From an uncultured Actinomycetota bacterium (GTDB lineage Bacteria > Actinomycetota > Actinomycetes > Streptomycetales > Streptomycetaceae): a stretch of DNA of 64,000 nucleotides. The notes beneath the pieces are model-generated. The model made no database searches. It saw only the letters and a list, made by a program, of their open reading frames with translations, and was not told where the DNA came from. Of this stretch, positions 28,122 to 37,798 are shown piece by piece (the stretch's first letter is position 1; each line of letters starts with the position of its first letter). Made by a program: the position numbers and the translations under genes. The stretch covers positions 1,243,852-1,307,851 of the forward strand of contig CAVQCY010000002.1 of the NCBI GenBank assembly GCA_963711125.1, read 5' to 3'.

Positions 28122-28877
28122 TTGAGCGCCATGCACGTCACCGGGGAGAACGTCGACTCAATTCTCCGTGAGCACATTGCCGCGGCGTTCGACGACGAAC
28201 GCTTCAGGCGGGATTCGCAGAAATTCCGGCGCGAAGGCTACGTGAAGGTCCGCGAACTGGTTCCGGACGTGGTGTTCGAAGGTCTTCAGAAAGAAGTACG
28301 CGAGCTCATCGCGAAACACCAGAAGCGCATTGACGTGCACCTCCCGGAGACCGGCAACTCACCGCGCTACATGAGCACGGTGAGCGCCGCCGCCATCGCC
28401 AAGGACGGTGACCTCGTCCCCGCGGTCTACGACTCCCCCGCGCTCAGGGCGGCGCTGTCCAGGCTCGCCGCCGAGGACGTCCTCGCCTGCCCCTGGGACG
28501 GCGAGAAGTACGCGATCCTGCACCAGCACAAGAAGGGCGACACCCACGGCTGGCACTGGGGCGACTTCAGTTACGCGGTCGTGTGGCTCATCGAGGCCCC
28601 CGACCTGAAGTACGGCGGGGCCCTGCAGTGCATCCCGCACACCGACTGGGACAAGTCCGATCCGCGGGTGATGGACTACATCCTCGAAAACCCCATCCGA
28701 ACCTACGGAAACGTCACCAGGGACCTGTACTTCTTCCGTACGGACACGACCTTGCACCGCACCATGCCGCTGTCGGAGGACAGGACCCGCATCATCCTCA
28801 ACACCACGTTCGCCGCCCGGCGCGACATGGGCAAGAGCGTCACGCACGAGACGATGGGCGTCATGTTCGACGGCTGA
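28122..28877 (+). CDS. Fe(II)/2-oxoglutarate-dependent oxygenase-like protein
   Basis: Facial triad candidates are H-T-D (IPHTDWD) and a distal His (TLHRT), with Arg 10 residues later (RTRII). It is divergently transcribed from the B3/4-rSAM operon. Confidence 0.5.
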   Translation: MSAMHVTGENVDSILREHIAAAFDDERFRRDSQKFRREGYVKVRELVPDVVFEGLQKEVRELIAKHQKRIDVHLPETGNSPRYMSTVSAAAIAKDGDLVPAVYDSPALRAALSRLAAEDVLACPWDGEKYAILHQHKKGDTHGWHWGDFSYAVVWLIEAPDLKYGGALQCIPHTDWDKSDPRVMDYILENPIRTYGNVTRDLYFFRTDTTLHRTMPLSEDRTRIILNTTFAARRDMGKSVTHETMGVMFDG

Positions 28878-29055
28878 CGGCCGCCAGAGGCGGTCCGGGA
28901 CGGATTCCGGGCCGCAGCCGCCTCCCGCGCAAGGCCGACGTGTGATCAGGAGGGGACTCCGCCGCTGTCCACGGACGGTCAACTTCTGTGCGTGGGAAAG
29001 GTTGGCGCCGAACCCGAGGTTGGGGTCCGACGGGGGACTTCACTACGATCCCGTG

Positions 29056-30333
29056 ATGATCACAAGAAAGCGGCTGACTGCCTGGGTCGGCTGCGCTCTG
29101 CTGGCGGTGCTGGCCGCAGGGCTGCTCCCGACCCAGGCCGCGGCCGACGAACCACAGGCAGCGAACGGCACGCCCAAGGTCGAACTGGTCCTGGACGTCT
29201 CCGGCTCGATGAAGACCCGCGACATCGACGGGCAGTCCAGGATGTCGGCCGCCAAGGCCGCGTTCGACCGGGTGCTGGACTCCACGCCGCCCGACGTCGA
29301 TCTCGGCATCCGCACCCTGGGCGCCAACTACCCGGGCGACAACCGGCTGGTGGGGTGCAAGGACACCCAGCAGCTCTACCCGGTCGGCCGGCTCAACCGC
29401 GCCCAGGCCAAGGCGGCGGTGGCCACCTTGCAGCCCACCGGCTGGACGCCGATCGGCCCGGCGCTGGAGAAGGCCGCGGACGACCTGCGCGGCGGCGGCG
29501 ACATCTCGCGCCGCATCGTGCTGATCACCGACGGGCAGGACACCTGCGGCCCGCTCGACCCGTGCCAGGTGGCGCGCGACCTGGCCGCGAAGGGCACCCA
29601 CCTGACCATCGACACCCTCGGCCTGATCCCGGACGCCCGCACCCGCGACCAGCTCAGCTGCATCGCCGAGGCCACCGGCGGCACGTACACCACGGTCCAG
29701 CACCGCACCCAGCTGACCAGCCGGGTCAAACAGCTCGTCGACCGCAGTACCGGCCCCGCCGTCAACCCGGTCGCCACGCACGGCGGTTCGAGCTGCGCCA
29801 CCGCGCCGCTGCTCACCCGCGGCCTCTACACCGACCGCGAGACGTTCTCGCAGAACCGCTGGTACAAGGTGTCCGTCGCGCCCGGCCGCGAGCTGCGCGC
29901 CTCGGTCAGCGTCTCCGACGACCGCCGGGTGAACCAGGACTACGGCGTGCTGCTGCGCGCGGTCACCACCAGGGGCCGGGAGATCGTCCGGGACGCCGAG
30001 GAGGGCTCCGGCCGCACCGACGTGGTCTCCGCCGGGCTGCGCTACCCCAAGCCGGCCGCCTCCGACTCCGACGACCCGCCGCCGTCCGAGACGGTCTGCC
30101 TGGAGGTCGGCAACTCCTTCTCCGCGCCCGCCTCCGTGCGCACCTCGCCCGGCCTGCCCGTCGAACTCTCCGTGGACGTGGTGCGCTCCCCCGACCAGTC
30201 GTCCGACGTGGCCTTCTTCGGCCTCGGATCCGGCTGGTGGCTGCTGGGCGTCCTCACCCTGACCGGCCTGCTGGCCGGACTGCTGTGGGGCTGGATATCC
30301 CGCTGGCGGGTCGCCGTCTGGAGGACGAACTGA
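29056..30333 (+). CDS. Secreted/membrane-anchored VWA (von Willebrand factor A) domain protein
   Basis: A signal/TM segment is followed by a MIDAS-like LVLDVSGSM...TPIGPAL...VLITDGQDT and a C-terminal TM segment. Confidence 0.7.
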   Translation: MITRKRLTAWVGCALLAVLAAGLLPTQAAADEPQAANGTPKVELVLDVSGSMKTRDIDGQSRMSAAKAAFDRVLDSTPPDVDLGIRTLGANYPGDNRLVGCKDTQQLYPVGRLNRAQAKAAVATLQPTGWTPIGPALEKAADDLRGGGDISRRIVLITDGQDTCGPLDPCQVARDLAAKGTHLTIDTLGLIPDARTRDQLSCIAEATGGTYTTVQHRTQLTSRVKQLVDRSTGPAVNPVATHGGSSCATAPLLTRGLYTDRETFSQNRWYKVSVAPGRELRASVSVSDDRRVNQDYGVLLRAVTTRGREIVRDAEEGSGRTDVVSAGLRYPKPAASDSDDPPPSETVCLEVGNSFSAPASVRTSPGLPVELSVDVVRSPDQSSDVAFFGLGSGWWLLGVLTLTGLLAGLLWGWISRWRVAVWRTN

Positions 30334-31115
30334 TGCGTGGCACACGCTTTCTCGCCGGCGCGCTGCTGACCGCCGCCGCCCTCGCGGCCGGGCTGGGCGC
30401 GGCCGGGCCGGCGCTGGCCGACTCCGCGTCGCCCAGCCCGAGCCCGTCCGCCTCCGACGCGCCGCCGACCGAGGCGGGCACCTCCTTCCGGAACGCCGCG
30501 GTCTTCCAGCAGGGGCAGCGGGCCACCGCGAGCGCCTCCACCGGTGACTACCTCTACTGGGTCTTCCCGGCCGACGCCGGCCAGAAGGTCACCGTGTCCG
30601 CCACGGTCACCTTCCCCCGCTCGGCCACCCGCAGCGGCACCGCCACCTGGCAGCTCGACGTCTACGACGGGCTGCGCCGCCGCCAGCCGTGCCGGTACGG
30701 GACGAACACCCGGCCGGCGCCGGCCGGCGCGTCGAGCATCCGGCTGTCCTGCACGCTGCGCACGGTGCGCGCCTGGGCCGATCCGTGGTCCGACGAACCG
30801 CTGCGCGGCGCGTACTACGTGCGGCTGACCGTCACCGACGTGCCCGGCGCCGACCTGGGCCTGCCGGTCGACACCGCGGTCGAGGCGACCTCCACCGACG
30901 CCGGGGCCGCGCAGGCGGTGGACGGGCACGTCACGCCGGTCGTCTCCCGGTACGGTCCGGCGGTGCGCCCGGCGGACGGCTGGGCCGGCACGTGGTGGTC
31001 CACCCGCTGGCTGTGGACCGCGGCCGGCGGCGTGCTGGCCGCGCTGGCCGGGGTCGGCGGCTACGCCCTGACCCGCGGCTCGGGCCGACCGCGCCGGCTG
31101 CCGCCGGAGGTGTGA
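30333..31115 (+). CDS. Hypothetical exported protein with C-terminal TM anchor
   Basis: The ATG overlaps the VWA stop (TGATG). A signal peptide MRGTRFLAGALLTAAALAAGLGAAGPALA is present. The C-terminal hydrophobic segment is followed by RRLPPEV. Confidence 0.5.
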   Translation: MRGTRFLAGALLTAAALAAGLGAAGPALADSASPSPSPSASDAPPTEAGTSFRNAAVFQQGQRATASASTGDYLYWVFPADAGQKVTVSATVTFPRSATRSGTATWQLDVYDGLRRRQPCRYGTNTRPAPAGASSIRLSCTLRTVRAWADPWSDEPLRGAYYVRLTVTDVPGADLGLPVDTAVEATSTDAGAAQAVDGHVTPVVSRYGPAVRPADGWAGTWWSTRWLWTAAGGVLAALAGVGGYALTRGSGRPRRLPPEV

Positions 31116-31412
31116 CGCGCCGCGCCGGGCGCCGGGCGGCCACGCCGCGCCGCGCCGGGGGAGTCCCCGCCGCGCCGGCCGCGCTCCGGCCCGCCCGGTG
31201 CCCGCCCGGCCCGCCCGGCGCGCACCCGGCGCAGCTCCCCGGCAGCGCGATGCCCCCGCACGCGAAGGCGCCCGCCCGGAGATCCGGGCGGGCGCCTTCG
31301 CGCCGTCGGCGCGGTGCGGTACCGCGCCACCGGGCGGGCCGCGCCACCGACGGACGACGGCGCGAGGGTGGGTGCCGGGCGCCGCCGGCCCGGCGGGATG
31401 CGTCGGACGGGC

Positions 31413-32588
31413 CTACCGCACGTCGACCCGGCCGCCGCCGTCCCGGTTGCCCTCGCCGTACCGCTGGACCTCGCCGTCGCGGGCGCCCTCGGCGACGCCC
31501 CCGGCCGACGTGCCGCCCAGGTTGCGGCGGACCGAGTCCAGGATGGTCAGGCCCTGGCCCACCAGGCCGGCCGCGATCTCCCCCAGGCCGTCGGCGCCGT
31601 TGAGGACGTTGACGTTGGCGCCGGACAGGCCGCCCGCCGCCTCCTTGACGATCATCGGCAGCTGCTCGATGAGCATCCGGTCCAGCGCCACCCGGTCGTG
31701 CGAGGCGGCGGCCTCCGCCTGGATCTTCATCCGCTCCGCCTCCGCGGTGGCCAGCACCCGGATGCGCTCCGCCTCCGCCATGGCGGGCTTGACCACCTCG
31801 GCGACCAGCTGCTGCTGCCGCAACTCGGCCTGACGCAGCGCCAGCTCGGTCTGCGCGGCCAGCACCTTCTGCTGTGCCTCGGCCTGCGCCAGCGGACCGG
31901 CCTGCGCGGCCTCCGCCTGGGCACGCTCCACCTCGGCGTTGTACTGCGCCTGCACGACCGCGGTCTCCCGCGCGTACTGCGCCTGGTTGCGGGCCGCCTC
32001 CTGCTGTGCCTCCGCGGACGCCTGGGTGGCCTGCGCCTGCGCGATCTGTGCCTGCCGCTGGATCGCCGCCTTGTGCGGGGCCGACATCGCGTCGATGTAG
32101 CCGGTCTTGCCGTCGTCGATCGACTGGATCTGCAGCGAGTCCACGGTCAGGCCGATCTTGGCCATCTCCGCCTTCGAGGTCTCCAGCACCTCGGTGGCGA
32201 GCTTCTGCCGCTCGGTGACGATCTCCTCGACCGTCATCGAGCCGATGATGCTGCGCAGGTGGCCGGCGAAGATCCGCCCGGTCAGCACGGACATCTGGTC
32301 CTGGTCGGACAGGAACCGCTGCCCGGCGTTGACGATGCTCTCGGTGTCGTTGCCGACCTTGAACGCGATCACCGCGCGCACGGTCAGCGCGATGCCCTGC
32401 TTGGTCACGCAGGTCTCAGCGACCTCCGCCTCGCACATCGCGAGCGTGAGGAAACGTGTCTTGCGCAGGACCGGCAGCACGAACTTGCCGTGCCCGGTCA
32501 CCACCCGGAAAGGCGCACCTCCCTGCCCACGCCGCCCCCCGGAGATCAGCATCGCCTGATCGGGAGCGGGAACGCGGTAACCCAACAT
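31413..32588 (-). CDS. Flotillin-like SPFH/band-7 domain protein
   Basis: An SPFH domain is followed by a long Ala/Gln/Glu-rich coiled-coil (EAQQ...) typical of flotillin. The RBS is GAGGAGAG. Confidence 0.8.
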   Translation of the reverse strand: MLGYRVPAPDQAMLISGGRRGQGGAPFRVVTGHGKFVLPVLRKTRFLTLAMCEAEVAETCVTKQGIALTVRAVIAFKVGNDTESIVNAGQRFLSDQDQMSVLTGRIFAGHLRSIIGSMTVEEIVTERQKLATEVLETSKAEMAKIGLTVDSLQIQSIDDGKTGYIDAMSAPHKAAIQRQAQIAQAQATQASAEAQQEAARNQAQYARETAVVQAQYNAEVERAQAEAAQAGPLAQAEAQQKVLAAQTELALRQAELRQQQLVAEVVKPAMAEAERIRVLATAEAERMKIQAEAAASHDRVALDRMLIEQLPMIVKEAAGGLSGANVNVLNGADGLGEIAAGLVGQGLTILDSVRRNLGGTSAGGVAEGARDGEVQRYGEGNRDGGGRVDVR

Positions 32589-32598
32589 GGTTCTCTCC

Positions 32599-32850
32599 TC
32601 AGCCTGCGTCGCCGGCTTCCCCGGCCAACGCGTCCAGCGGATCAGCCCATTCGATGACGTCGACCTGGCGTCCGCCGCGCGACTCGACCACGAGCACCCG
32701 GGTGCCCGTCGCCAGCGCATCGGCCGACCAGGCGAAGAACGTCTCCGTACCGCCCCTCACCTGAGCCAGCACCTCGCCCGGGCCCTGCGCGCCCCGCGTG
32801 CCGATCAGCAGCACTCCGGTGGCGCCGACCACGGCTTCGTCCGGCTCCAT
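32599..32850 (-). CDS. NfeD-like protein (short, OB-fold C-terminal domain)
   Basis: It lies immediately upstream of the flotillin gene, the canonical nfeD-flotillin operon. The start is uncertain. Confidence 0.5.
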   Translation of the reverse strand: MEPDEAVVGATGVLLIGTRGAQGPGEVLAQVRGGTETFFAWSADALATGTRVLVVESRGGRQVDVIEWADPLDALAGEAGDAG

Positions 32851-33030
32851 CGACGGGCGCCCCCTCTTCGTCCCGAGCCCCGGGCCGCGCGGGCCCGGGC
32901 TCCTGGTCTCCGACGATAGCGCCGCGCCGGAGGGCGGCCCATCCTTCCTGGGTCTTGGTTTCTCAGCGATTCGGCAACAAAGAGCAGTCGCCGCTTCCGG
33001 TCCGCCGCGCCCTGACGGTAGGGATGGGGA

Positions 33031-33622
33031 CGTGCGCTTCGAGAACGTCCCTACACCCCCGGCGGTCGCGGACCGCCCGCGTGACCGGCGCGGCTACCCG
33101 GTGCCGGCGATCACGCCCTGGCAGGACGGCGAGCCGGTCTTCGCGCTCACCGACCACGGGCGCAGCGCGTGGTGCGCGCGAGGCCGGCGTTGCTCGGTGT
33201 GCGGCCGGCCGATGCCGGCCGGGCCGGTGTGGCGGGTGGTGGGCGCCGCCGAGTGCGCGGCGATCGCCGGGGCGCGGGCGGCCGGCCGGCCGTACCGCAA
33301 CCTCCAGCCGACCCCGGAGGGGCCCGGCCACCGGGCCTGCATGCTGTACGCCTCGATGGCCTGCCCCTACCTCGCCCGTCCGAACGCCCGGCGCGGCGGG
33401 CCCGGCCGGCCGGACGACGAGCTGACCGGGCACGCGGTGCGCGGCGCCGCCCGCGGTGCGAGCGGCGCCGTGGTGGGGTTCGCGGAGTACGAGTACGCGG
33501 TCACCGGGAGCCGGGTGCTCTTCCGCTTCCTCGACGTGGTCGAGTTCCTGCCGCACACCACGTCCGACGCGCATCTGGAACGGCTGCGCGCCGAGCTGGC
33601 CGGCGGTGCTCAGCCCCGGTAG
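33031..33622 (+). CDS. Hypothetical protein
   Basis: Coding-like GC3. Cys-containing CxxC motifs are present (CSVCGRP, ACPY). No family was recognised. Confidence 0.35.
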
Positions 33623-34623
33623 GCGGGCAGCCCGCCGTGGCCGACGACCAGGGTCGGTGCCGCGGAGCCGTCCGCCGGCAGGGTGACCACGCCGGCCGGG
33701 GTGCGGGCCGCGATGGTGGTGCCGTCCGGCGACCAGGCGGGCTCGGTGTAGTCGGTGCCGGCGTCCGGGGTCAGGTCCTTGGACCCCGTGAGGCCCCGGC
33801 CGGTCTGGGTCTCCAGGAACAGGTGGTCGTGGCCGCCGACCGAGCGGACGAAGACGATCTCCTCGTCGGCGGTGGGAGACATGGCCGGCTCGGAGCCCCG
33901 GGTGACCTCGCTGCCCTGCTGGCGCAGGTTGTCGTCGCGGAGGTAGACCTCGCCGGTGACGGTGTTGGCGTACACGGCGCTGCCGTGCGTGCCGCCGGCG
34001 GTCGGCCACACGTTGCCGGTGGCCGGGGGCGGCGGGTCGCCGCCGTAGCCGTTGAGGCCCGCCTCCTTCGGCGTGCCGTCCACCGCGGTGGCCGCGATGA
34101 CGTCGAGCCGCGAGACGCCCCCGGACGCGGCCGCGAACAGCAGGTTGTCCTTGGCCGCCAACCCGTCGCGGGTGTCGCGCGCGGTCACCTGCCAGGTCGG
34201 GTGCGACCAGGTCTGGCCGCCGGGGTCGCGGGCCACCACCACCCGGTGGCCGCCGTCCGGGTCGGAGACCACCAGGTCGCCCGCGCCGTCCACGAAGGCC
34301 GCGTGCCGGCCGTCCGGCGACCAGGCGAGGTCGCGCACCTCGGTGCCGAAGTCGACCCGGGTGCCGTTCATCAGTACGTACCGGGTGCCGTCGCTGATCG
34401 TCAGACCGTTGTGCGCGGTGCCCTCGACATCGCCGTGCGGGTGGGCGGCGACCGGCGCCGCGGTGCGGTCCGATCCGCCGCCGGACCCGCCGCCGGCGGC
34501 CGTGCCGCCGTTGCCGGAGGCGGTGGACCGGGTGGGGCCGCAGCCGGTCAGCGCCGCGGTGCCGGCGGTGAGCGTGACGGTGAGTGCGATCGCGGTTCTG
34601 ACGAGGCGACTGCGAGCGGACAC
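33610..34623 (-). CDS. Lipoprotein with TolB-like/PD40 beta-propeller repeats
   Basis: The lipobox reads LTAGTAALTGC. Repeated WSPDG motifs are present. A Gly-rich linker follows the signal. Confidence 0.6.
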   Translation of the reverse strand: MSARSRLVRTAIALTVTLTAGTAALTGCGPTRSTASGNGGTAAGGGSGGGSDRTAAPVAAHPHGDVEGTAHNGLTISDGTRYVLMNGTRVDFGTEVRDLAWSPDGRHAAFVDGAGDLVVSDPDGGHRVVVARDPGGQTWSHPTWQVTARDTRDGLAAKDNLLFAAASGGVSRLDVIAATAVDGTPKEAGLNGYGGDPPPPATGNVWPTAGGTHGSAVYANTVTGEVYLRDDNLRQQGSEVTRGSEPAMSPTADEEIVFVRSVGGHDHLFLETQTGRGLTGSKDLTPDAGTDYTEPAWSPDGTTIAARTPAGVVTLPADGSAAPTLVVGHGGLPAYRG

Positions 34624-34749
34624 GGCGGTTCCCCCTGGAGGTCTGTGCGACCCGCGCGGCTGTGCGCGGTGGCAGAAGCATGCCGCCACCAGGTCCGCGA
34701 GCGGTGCCCCGGCGGTCACGACCGTGCAACAAACAGCAGCCCGCCGCGC

Positions 34750-35148
34750 TCAGGCGTCCACCGGCCGGACCACCACGGCGTGGTCGGGGGCGCCCGCCGG
34801 CACCGGGCAGCGCGCCACCCGGGCGGCGATCTCGGTGACCCGCTCCAGGTTCGCGCAGTCCAGCACCCAGTAGCCGGCCAGCAGTTCGCTGGTCTCGCCG
34901 TACGGGTCGTCGGTGATCACCGGACGGCCGCCGGTGCCGGCGCTGACCAGCCGGGTGCGTGCGGGCGGCGCCAGGCCCTGCGCGTCGACCAGTTCGCCGG
35001 TGGCCTGCAGGTCGTCGTTGATCCGGTTCATGTACTGGAACATCGCCCGCCGGTCCTGGTCGCTCCAGGCCGGACTGTGCTCGGACGCCTCGCCGTTCAT
35101 CGCCTCGTAGTCGGCCTGCGAGCCCTGCACCATCACCATGTACCGCAT
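34750..35148 (-). CDS. YciI-like (YCII-related) small protein
   Basis: 132 aa. The MRYMVMV start and H..D dyad pattern are typical of YciI family members. Confidence 0.65.
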   Translation of the reverse strand: MRYMVMVQGSQADYEAMNGEASEHSPAWSDQDRRAMFQYMNRINDDLQATGELVDAQGLAPPARTRLVSAGTGGRPVITDDPYGETSELLAGYWVLDCANLERVTEIAARVARCPVPAGAPDHAVVVRPVDA

Positions 35149-35583
35149 GCCCCGGCTCCCTCCTGCGCGTCCTCGTCGCCCCGCCGGCGGCCCGCGGCCG
35201 GGAACACCGCGGCCGGGCCCGGTTCCCTCCCCCCGAGTCTCCCGGGTTACCGCCCGGTACGCTCCCCGGGGCGCCGGCCGCCGGCCGCGGTGCCGTGTGC
35301 GTGCTGCGAGACGGCCGGGCCGCCGGGTCGCGCGGGTCTCAGGGTCGCGCGGGTGCTCCTCGCGGGCGACCGCTCCGTCGTGCCGGGCCCCCGTGGTGTG
35401 AGAGTGTGGGCGGGCCGCCGGGCCGGGCGGCGCCCCCGGCCGGGTCACCGGGCGACCGCCACCGGGCGACCGCGGCGCGCGGCGACCGCGGCGCGGCCCG
35501 CGGTGGCAGGCCCGCGGCACGCAAGACCGCGGCGCACCGGGAGACGCTCCGGGAAGCCGCGAGAAGGGGGAACCCGCACCGCC

Positions 35584-35997
35584 ATGCCCACCCTCGACCC
35601 GCCGTGCGCGGTCACCGGCGGTCCGTCCGGCGGCTTCGCCCGGACGGTGCCGACCCGGCGGCACCCGGCCCTGGTCGACCGGGTCCTGGACGGCGTCCCC
35701 TACCCGCTGGAGCACGCCCGGGCGCTGGAGGCGCTGCGGGCCGAGACCGCCGGCGCCGCCCCCACCCCGCTCAAGGGCGACCTCAACCACCGCCGCCTCA
35801 CCGGCGACCTGCGTCGGCCGGCGACCGCGCCGTTCGCCGAGGCCGCGGCGGGCTTCCCCGGCCCGCTGTGCGCGCTGCGCACCCTGGAGCCCGAGGTGGT
35901 CGCCGGCCGGTCGGCCGCCACCGTGGCCCGGCTGGACGCGACCGGCGCGCCCTGGCGCACCGCCGGCCCCCACGCCGTGCTCCAGGGGCGGCCGTGA
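35584..35997 (+). CDS. Hypothetical protein (137 aa)
   Basis: Its stop overlaps the start of the downstream phosphotransferase (GTGA). No family was recognised. Confidence 0.4.
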   Translation: MPTLDPPCAVTGGPSGGFARTVPTRRHPALVDRVLDGVPYPLEHARALEALRAETAGAAPTPLKGDLNHRRLTGDLRRPATAPFAEAAAGFPGPLCALRTLEPEVVAGRSAATVARLDATGAPWRTAGPHAVLQGRP

Positions 35998-37016
35998 CCG
36001 GCGGCGACCGGCGGCGCGGCGGCCGTCCGGCCTCCCCGCGCGGCGTCCGGGTGCCCGAGGCGCTGGCCGCCCACCACGCGGACCACTCCGGCGCCGCGGG
36101 ACGGGCCTGGATCGCCGCGCTGCCCCGGCTGGCCGCGGACCGCCTCGACGCCTGGGAACTGCGGGTGGACGGGCCGGCCGCGCACGGCATGGTCGCCCTG
36201 GTGCTGCCGGTGCGGCGTCCGGACGGCACCCCCGCCGCGCTCAAACTCCAGCCGGTGGACGAGGAGACCTCCGGCGAACCGGTCGCGCTGCGCGCCTGGA
36301 ACGGCCGCGGTGCGGTGCGGCTGCTGGAGCACCACCCGGCGTCCGGCTCGATGCTGCTGGAGCGGCTGGACGCCGGCCGGTCGCTCGCCGGCGTGCCGGA
36401 CGACCTCGCCGCGCTGCGCCTGCTGGCCGGGCTGCTCGGCCGGCTCACCGCGGTGCCGGCGCCCGCCGGGCTGCGCCGGCTCGCCGACCTCGCCGCGCCG
36501 TGGCCGGACCGGGCCGCCGAGATCCGCCACCGGTTCGCCGACCCCGCCGACCGCCGCGTGCTGGACGGCTGCGCGGCGGTGCTGCGCGACCTGCTCGGCG
36601 GGCCGCCGCCCGGCCGTGCGGGCGGCGGGGACTCCGGCGCGGCGGGCGCGGGCGCGGAGGCGTTGCTGCACTGGGACCTGCACTACGAGAACGTCCTCGG
36701 CGCGCCGGGCGGCGGGCCGGAACCGCGCTGGGTGGCGATCGACCCCAAGCCGCTGGCCGGTGATCCGGGCTTCGACCTGTTCCCGGCCCTGCACAACCGC
36801 TGGCCCGAGGTGCTGGCCGGCGGCGACCCGGCCCGTGCGGTGCTCCGCCGGTTCGACCTGATGACCGGGATCGTGGGCCTGGACCGGCGGCGGGCGGCCG
36901 GCTGGACGCTGGCCCGGGTGCTGCAGACCGCGCTCTGGGAGGCGGAGGCCGGAAGCACGGAGCTGGCCGAGGACCAGCGCGTGGTCGGCGCGGCACTGCT
37001 GGCCGCCCGCGTCTGA
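35994..37016 (+). CDS. APH(6)/streptomycin-6-kinase-like aminoglycoside phosphotransferase
   Basis: The catalytic loop LHWDLHYENVL is present (compare HGDLHYENVL in APH(6) enzymes). Length is about 340 aa. Confidence 0.7.
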   Translation: MTGGDRRRGGRPASPRGVRVPEALAAHHADHSGAAGRAWIAALPRLAADRLDAWELRVDGPAAHGMVALVLPVRRPDGTPAALKLQPVDEETSGEPVALRAWNGRGAVRLLEHHPASGSMLLERLDAGRSLAGVPDDLAALRLLAGLLGRLTAVPAPAGLRRLADLAAPWPDRAAEIRHRFADPADRRVLDGCAAVLRDLLGGPPPGRAGGGDSGAAGAGAEALLHWDLHYENVLGAPGGGPEPRWVAIDPKPLAGDPGFDLFPALHNRWPEVLAGGDPARAVLRRFDLMTGIVGLDRRRAAGWTLARVLQTALWEAEAGSTELAEDQRVVGAALLAARV

Positions 37017-37292
37017 CCCCGGCGGGGCGGCGCCCGCGCGTGGCCTTCGGGCGGGCGGCGTGGTCTTCGGGCGTGGCGCCCGCCGGCGTGGCGCCGGGGT
37101 GTGATGTGGCGCCGGGGGCGCCCGGCGGCGTGGCGCCGCGGTCGGGCGGGTGGCCGCCGGCGGGGCCGACGCCGCGGTCCGCGGTCACCCGGACGGGTTC
37201 CGCCCCGGGCGTTCCGGGCGTGCCGGGTGTGCGACCGGGTGATGGGGGGCATACCGGTCACAGGTGGTCGGCCGCGTGATCGGGAGTTCCGG

Positions 37293-37631
37293 ATGGCGTA
37301 CGACGAGGACCTGGCCCGGCGGGTGCGGGAGGTGCTGGGCGAGCGCCGCGGGGTCAGGGAGAAGAAGGTGTTCAGCGGGCTTGGCTTCCTCCAGGACGGC
37401 AACCTCGCGGTCAGCGTGCACGGCGAGGACCTGCTGGTGCGGGTGGGCGCCGCCGCGGCGGAGACGGCGCGGGCCAGGCCGGGCGTCCACGAGTTCGTCA
37501 ACGGCGGCCGTCCGATGCACGGTTGGGTGATCGTCGAGGCCGCGGTGCTGCTGGACGACGTGGCGCTCTACGACTGGGTGGACGAGGGCCACGCGTTCGC
37601 CGCCGGTCTGCCCCCCAAAATGACCGCCTGA
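37293..37631 (+). CDS. TfoX N-terminal domain protein
   Basis: [16 protein letters not shown]...[27 protein letters not shown] matches the TfoX_N fold. Confidence 0.6.
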   Translation: MAYDEDLARRVREVLGERRGVREKKVFSGLGFLQDGNLAVSVHGEDLLVRVGAAAAETARARPGVHEFVNGGRPMHGWVIVEAAVLLDDVALYDWVDEGHAFAAGLPPKMTA

Positions 37632-37798
37632 CCGCCGTCCCGGCGTCGCCCGCGGACCGCGCGCGGACCGTTGCCTGCCGGCATGGTGTCATGTACGGTT
37701 CAGCCGCTCGCCAGGCGTGGCAGGCGCCTTCCACGCTCTACGCGCGGAGAGTCGGCACCGGCACCGCCCTCGGACACCCCCACTCGGAGGTCAGACGG

